DNA from: Eukaryota sp. GEM-RC1
Lineage: Eukaryota
Length of the DNA stretch: 64,000 bases
Assembly (NCBI GenBank): GCA_040285855.1
Contig: JAUFOQ010000001.1
Span: forward strand, 310,001-374,000
Reading direction: 5' to 3'
A program made the translations under genes and the position numbers. Shown here one piece after another: positions 61,962 to 64,000 of this stretch (position 1 is its first letter; each line of letters begins with the position of its first letter). The notes beneath the pieces are model-generated. The model did no database searches, was not told the DNA's origin, and worked only from the letters and a program-made list of their open reading frames with translations.

Positions 61962-63249
61962 GTGTTGAAGACCTTTTGATTTTGGACAAACACACTTTCT
62001 TACCTTGCATGTATTGAAACCCCTTTGTGTGGTGTAATGATGGAATTCTTTATCTGAAACCTCCCTTTAAGCATATCTCTACAAGTCAAACATGATAGTA
62101 ACAAACAAATCTAGTGGAATTAATCATAAATTGTTGAGTTATCAAGTGACTGCCGTTTAGTTAAGAGTATAGTGTGTTGAATTTTCAAAATGGTTTCACG
62201 AAAATTGTATAATTGTAGATGGTCTATGAACAATTTTCGATGTCCGATTTAATCAATAATAACTCCAATATTAACGAAATTTTTCGATTATGTAATACGT
62301 TCTGAAATTTGGTTTTCAAAATTAGTATATTGAAAAATGCAGCTCACAAAACGTTGTCTTGCAAGAATTAAAGTGGATTACTGATGTGACTGTTAAAGAA
62401 ATTAGAATGACCCCAGTGAATGGTTAACAGAAGCAGAATGTCTGTCATGATTGGCAAACTTGGGGACAGAACATTTTGGAAAAACCCAAAATTGAATTGA
62501 TAATTTCAGGTGTTGTATTGTTGTAGTATTGTGTAGATTGATATTAGGTACAAGTCCTCCCCCTTACTTCCAAAGAGGTTCTCTTTTTACTGTAATAGTT
62601 CTACTTTAGTTGTAAAAACGAATACACTAAGTCATACAAGTTATCATGATCAATGGTTCTTTGTTTAAGGTTGCTCAGATTTCTCACACCAGATTTTCTT
62701 TTCGTTGGCATCTACTCATCGAATTTTTCTGAATTCATAAATTAATTTGGCATGAAACTGTCTTTTTGCCAGAGTCAGTGGTGAAAATGTAACTACAAAG
62801 AAGTACAGTCGTTTGTTTTTTATCAATTGGACAAAAAGAACAGAAAAGAATCTCCATTGATGAACTCAAAGACCGAAATCCACGTATGGACGTAGACAAT
62901 GAACCCTATTTTCTGTCGAGAACAGAGTGAAAAGAACTGTGTGATGAAAACTTTCGGGAAATCAGATCCTCGATGCTTCCATGAAAAAGCCTACATGTAT
63001 ACGCTTTGATTGGACTTGAAGTCTTCCCACAGTGGATCGTGAAAGATATAGTGGAAGTACATTCCGAGGTGGAGGTAGTACGATCATGTTTTTCATTGGA
63101 GTAGAATTGATATAAGAGTTTAAAATGTTTAAGCAAAGTCTCGGAAAGAGTTTTGGTTTCTGGGCAGAAAACGACGGTTGCGTTTCTGCTCTTCAAAGGG
63201 TTAAACCACTTCTACTCAACCACTGTCTACATCAGAAATGAAAATACCT

Positions 63250-63482
63250 ACAGCTAGCACACATCTTTTCTTGTTTCTCATAAATCAGCTTCAGTTAGCA
63301 ATTGTTTCACCGCTGATATCCGCACAACTGATGGGAGATAACTGACTTTGAGTATTTATTAAAGTTGCATTGAACAAGATTCCACGGTACCTGTCATGAA
63401 GATGCGTATTATCAATCCCAAAGTTTACGGGAAGACAGAGAACGTGATCCCTGAGTACTGCAGCGGATAAAACGGTACTCAC
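63250..63482 (-). pseudogene. MULE transposase fragment
   Basis: GIDNTHLHDRYRGILFNATLINTQSQLSPISCADISGET resembles the MULE DDE N-terminal motif (IDGT.L..KY.G.L..A...D.N.Q..P.A......ET). Confidence 0.6.
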
Positions 63483-64000
63483 GGATCATATATGTTGTCT
63501 GGGCAGCGGTTAATAGTGATATCTTGGGAGTTTGACTTGTGTCTTTTTTTGTAGAACTTAATTATAAGTGTAATAAAATGTTGTTTACGTTTTTATACTA
63601 TATTTGTTTTTAAGAAATAAAAGATTGTTTTTAGTGTATTAATGTCGGCCTTCGTGGTGGTGTAACATACAGTGAGAGGAGAACCTTTATGTAGGAAAGA
63701 CCCTGTATAGACGTAAGGGGGAAGATAAAAACCTAATCTGAAATTACACAAATCTACAACTACAACACTGCCTTTTCTTCTTATTGGATAATTCATATTT
63801 GAAATATACTAGTGAGATGTACGATTTCTTGATGTTGATTCAAACGTTCCATAAAGAGAAATAGCAAAAGGATGGAAAATAAACGACAAGTGAGTATGAG
63901 TACTACTCGAGTAGTACTTGAATGGAGTATTTTCCCATCTCTACTCTGAACATAAGAAAACACTGCTCAATCATTAAAGTGTTACATCTTTCCCCTACCT

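Overview
AT-rich, transposon-dominated eukaryotic DNA, probably from a protist (inference from compact genes and one likely 29-nt spliceosomal intron). No rRNA, tRNA or CRISPR array was seen. Mobile DNA includes four nested hAT elements (3731-9511) with readable TIRs and 8-bp TSDs at every level, several more hAT elements or MITEs, and a MULE with a 9-bp TSD. There is also a chromodomain-bearing Ty3/gypsy family: one full-length copy with 91-bp LTRs, a 4-bp TSD and no tRNA-type PBS (47289-54122), plus truncated and decayed relatives. Most host genes belong to one modular family. A shared coiled-coil+SPRY/B30.2 cassette, with conserved framework and hypervariable loops, is fused either to RING + non-RD kinase (two copies) or to tandem BTB domains (one copy), and relic SPRY and BTB fragments lie nearby. 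This TRIM-like repertoire with diversified SPRY loops and a diversified kinase C-lobe is the best candidate for an undescribed system, possibly innate-immune or conflict-related. Also present are a third RING-kinase, an ATPase-domain-only Hsp70-like gene and a tail-anchored Pro/Val-repeat protein. Many frameshifts sit in homopolymers and may be assembly errors. All domain calls are by eye from motifs; no database searches were run.
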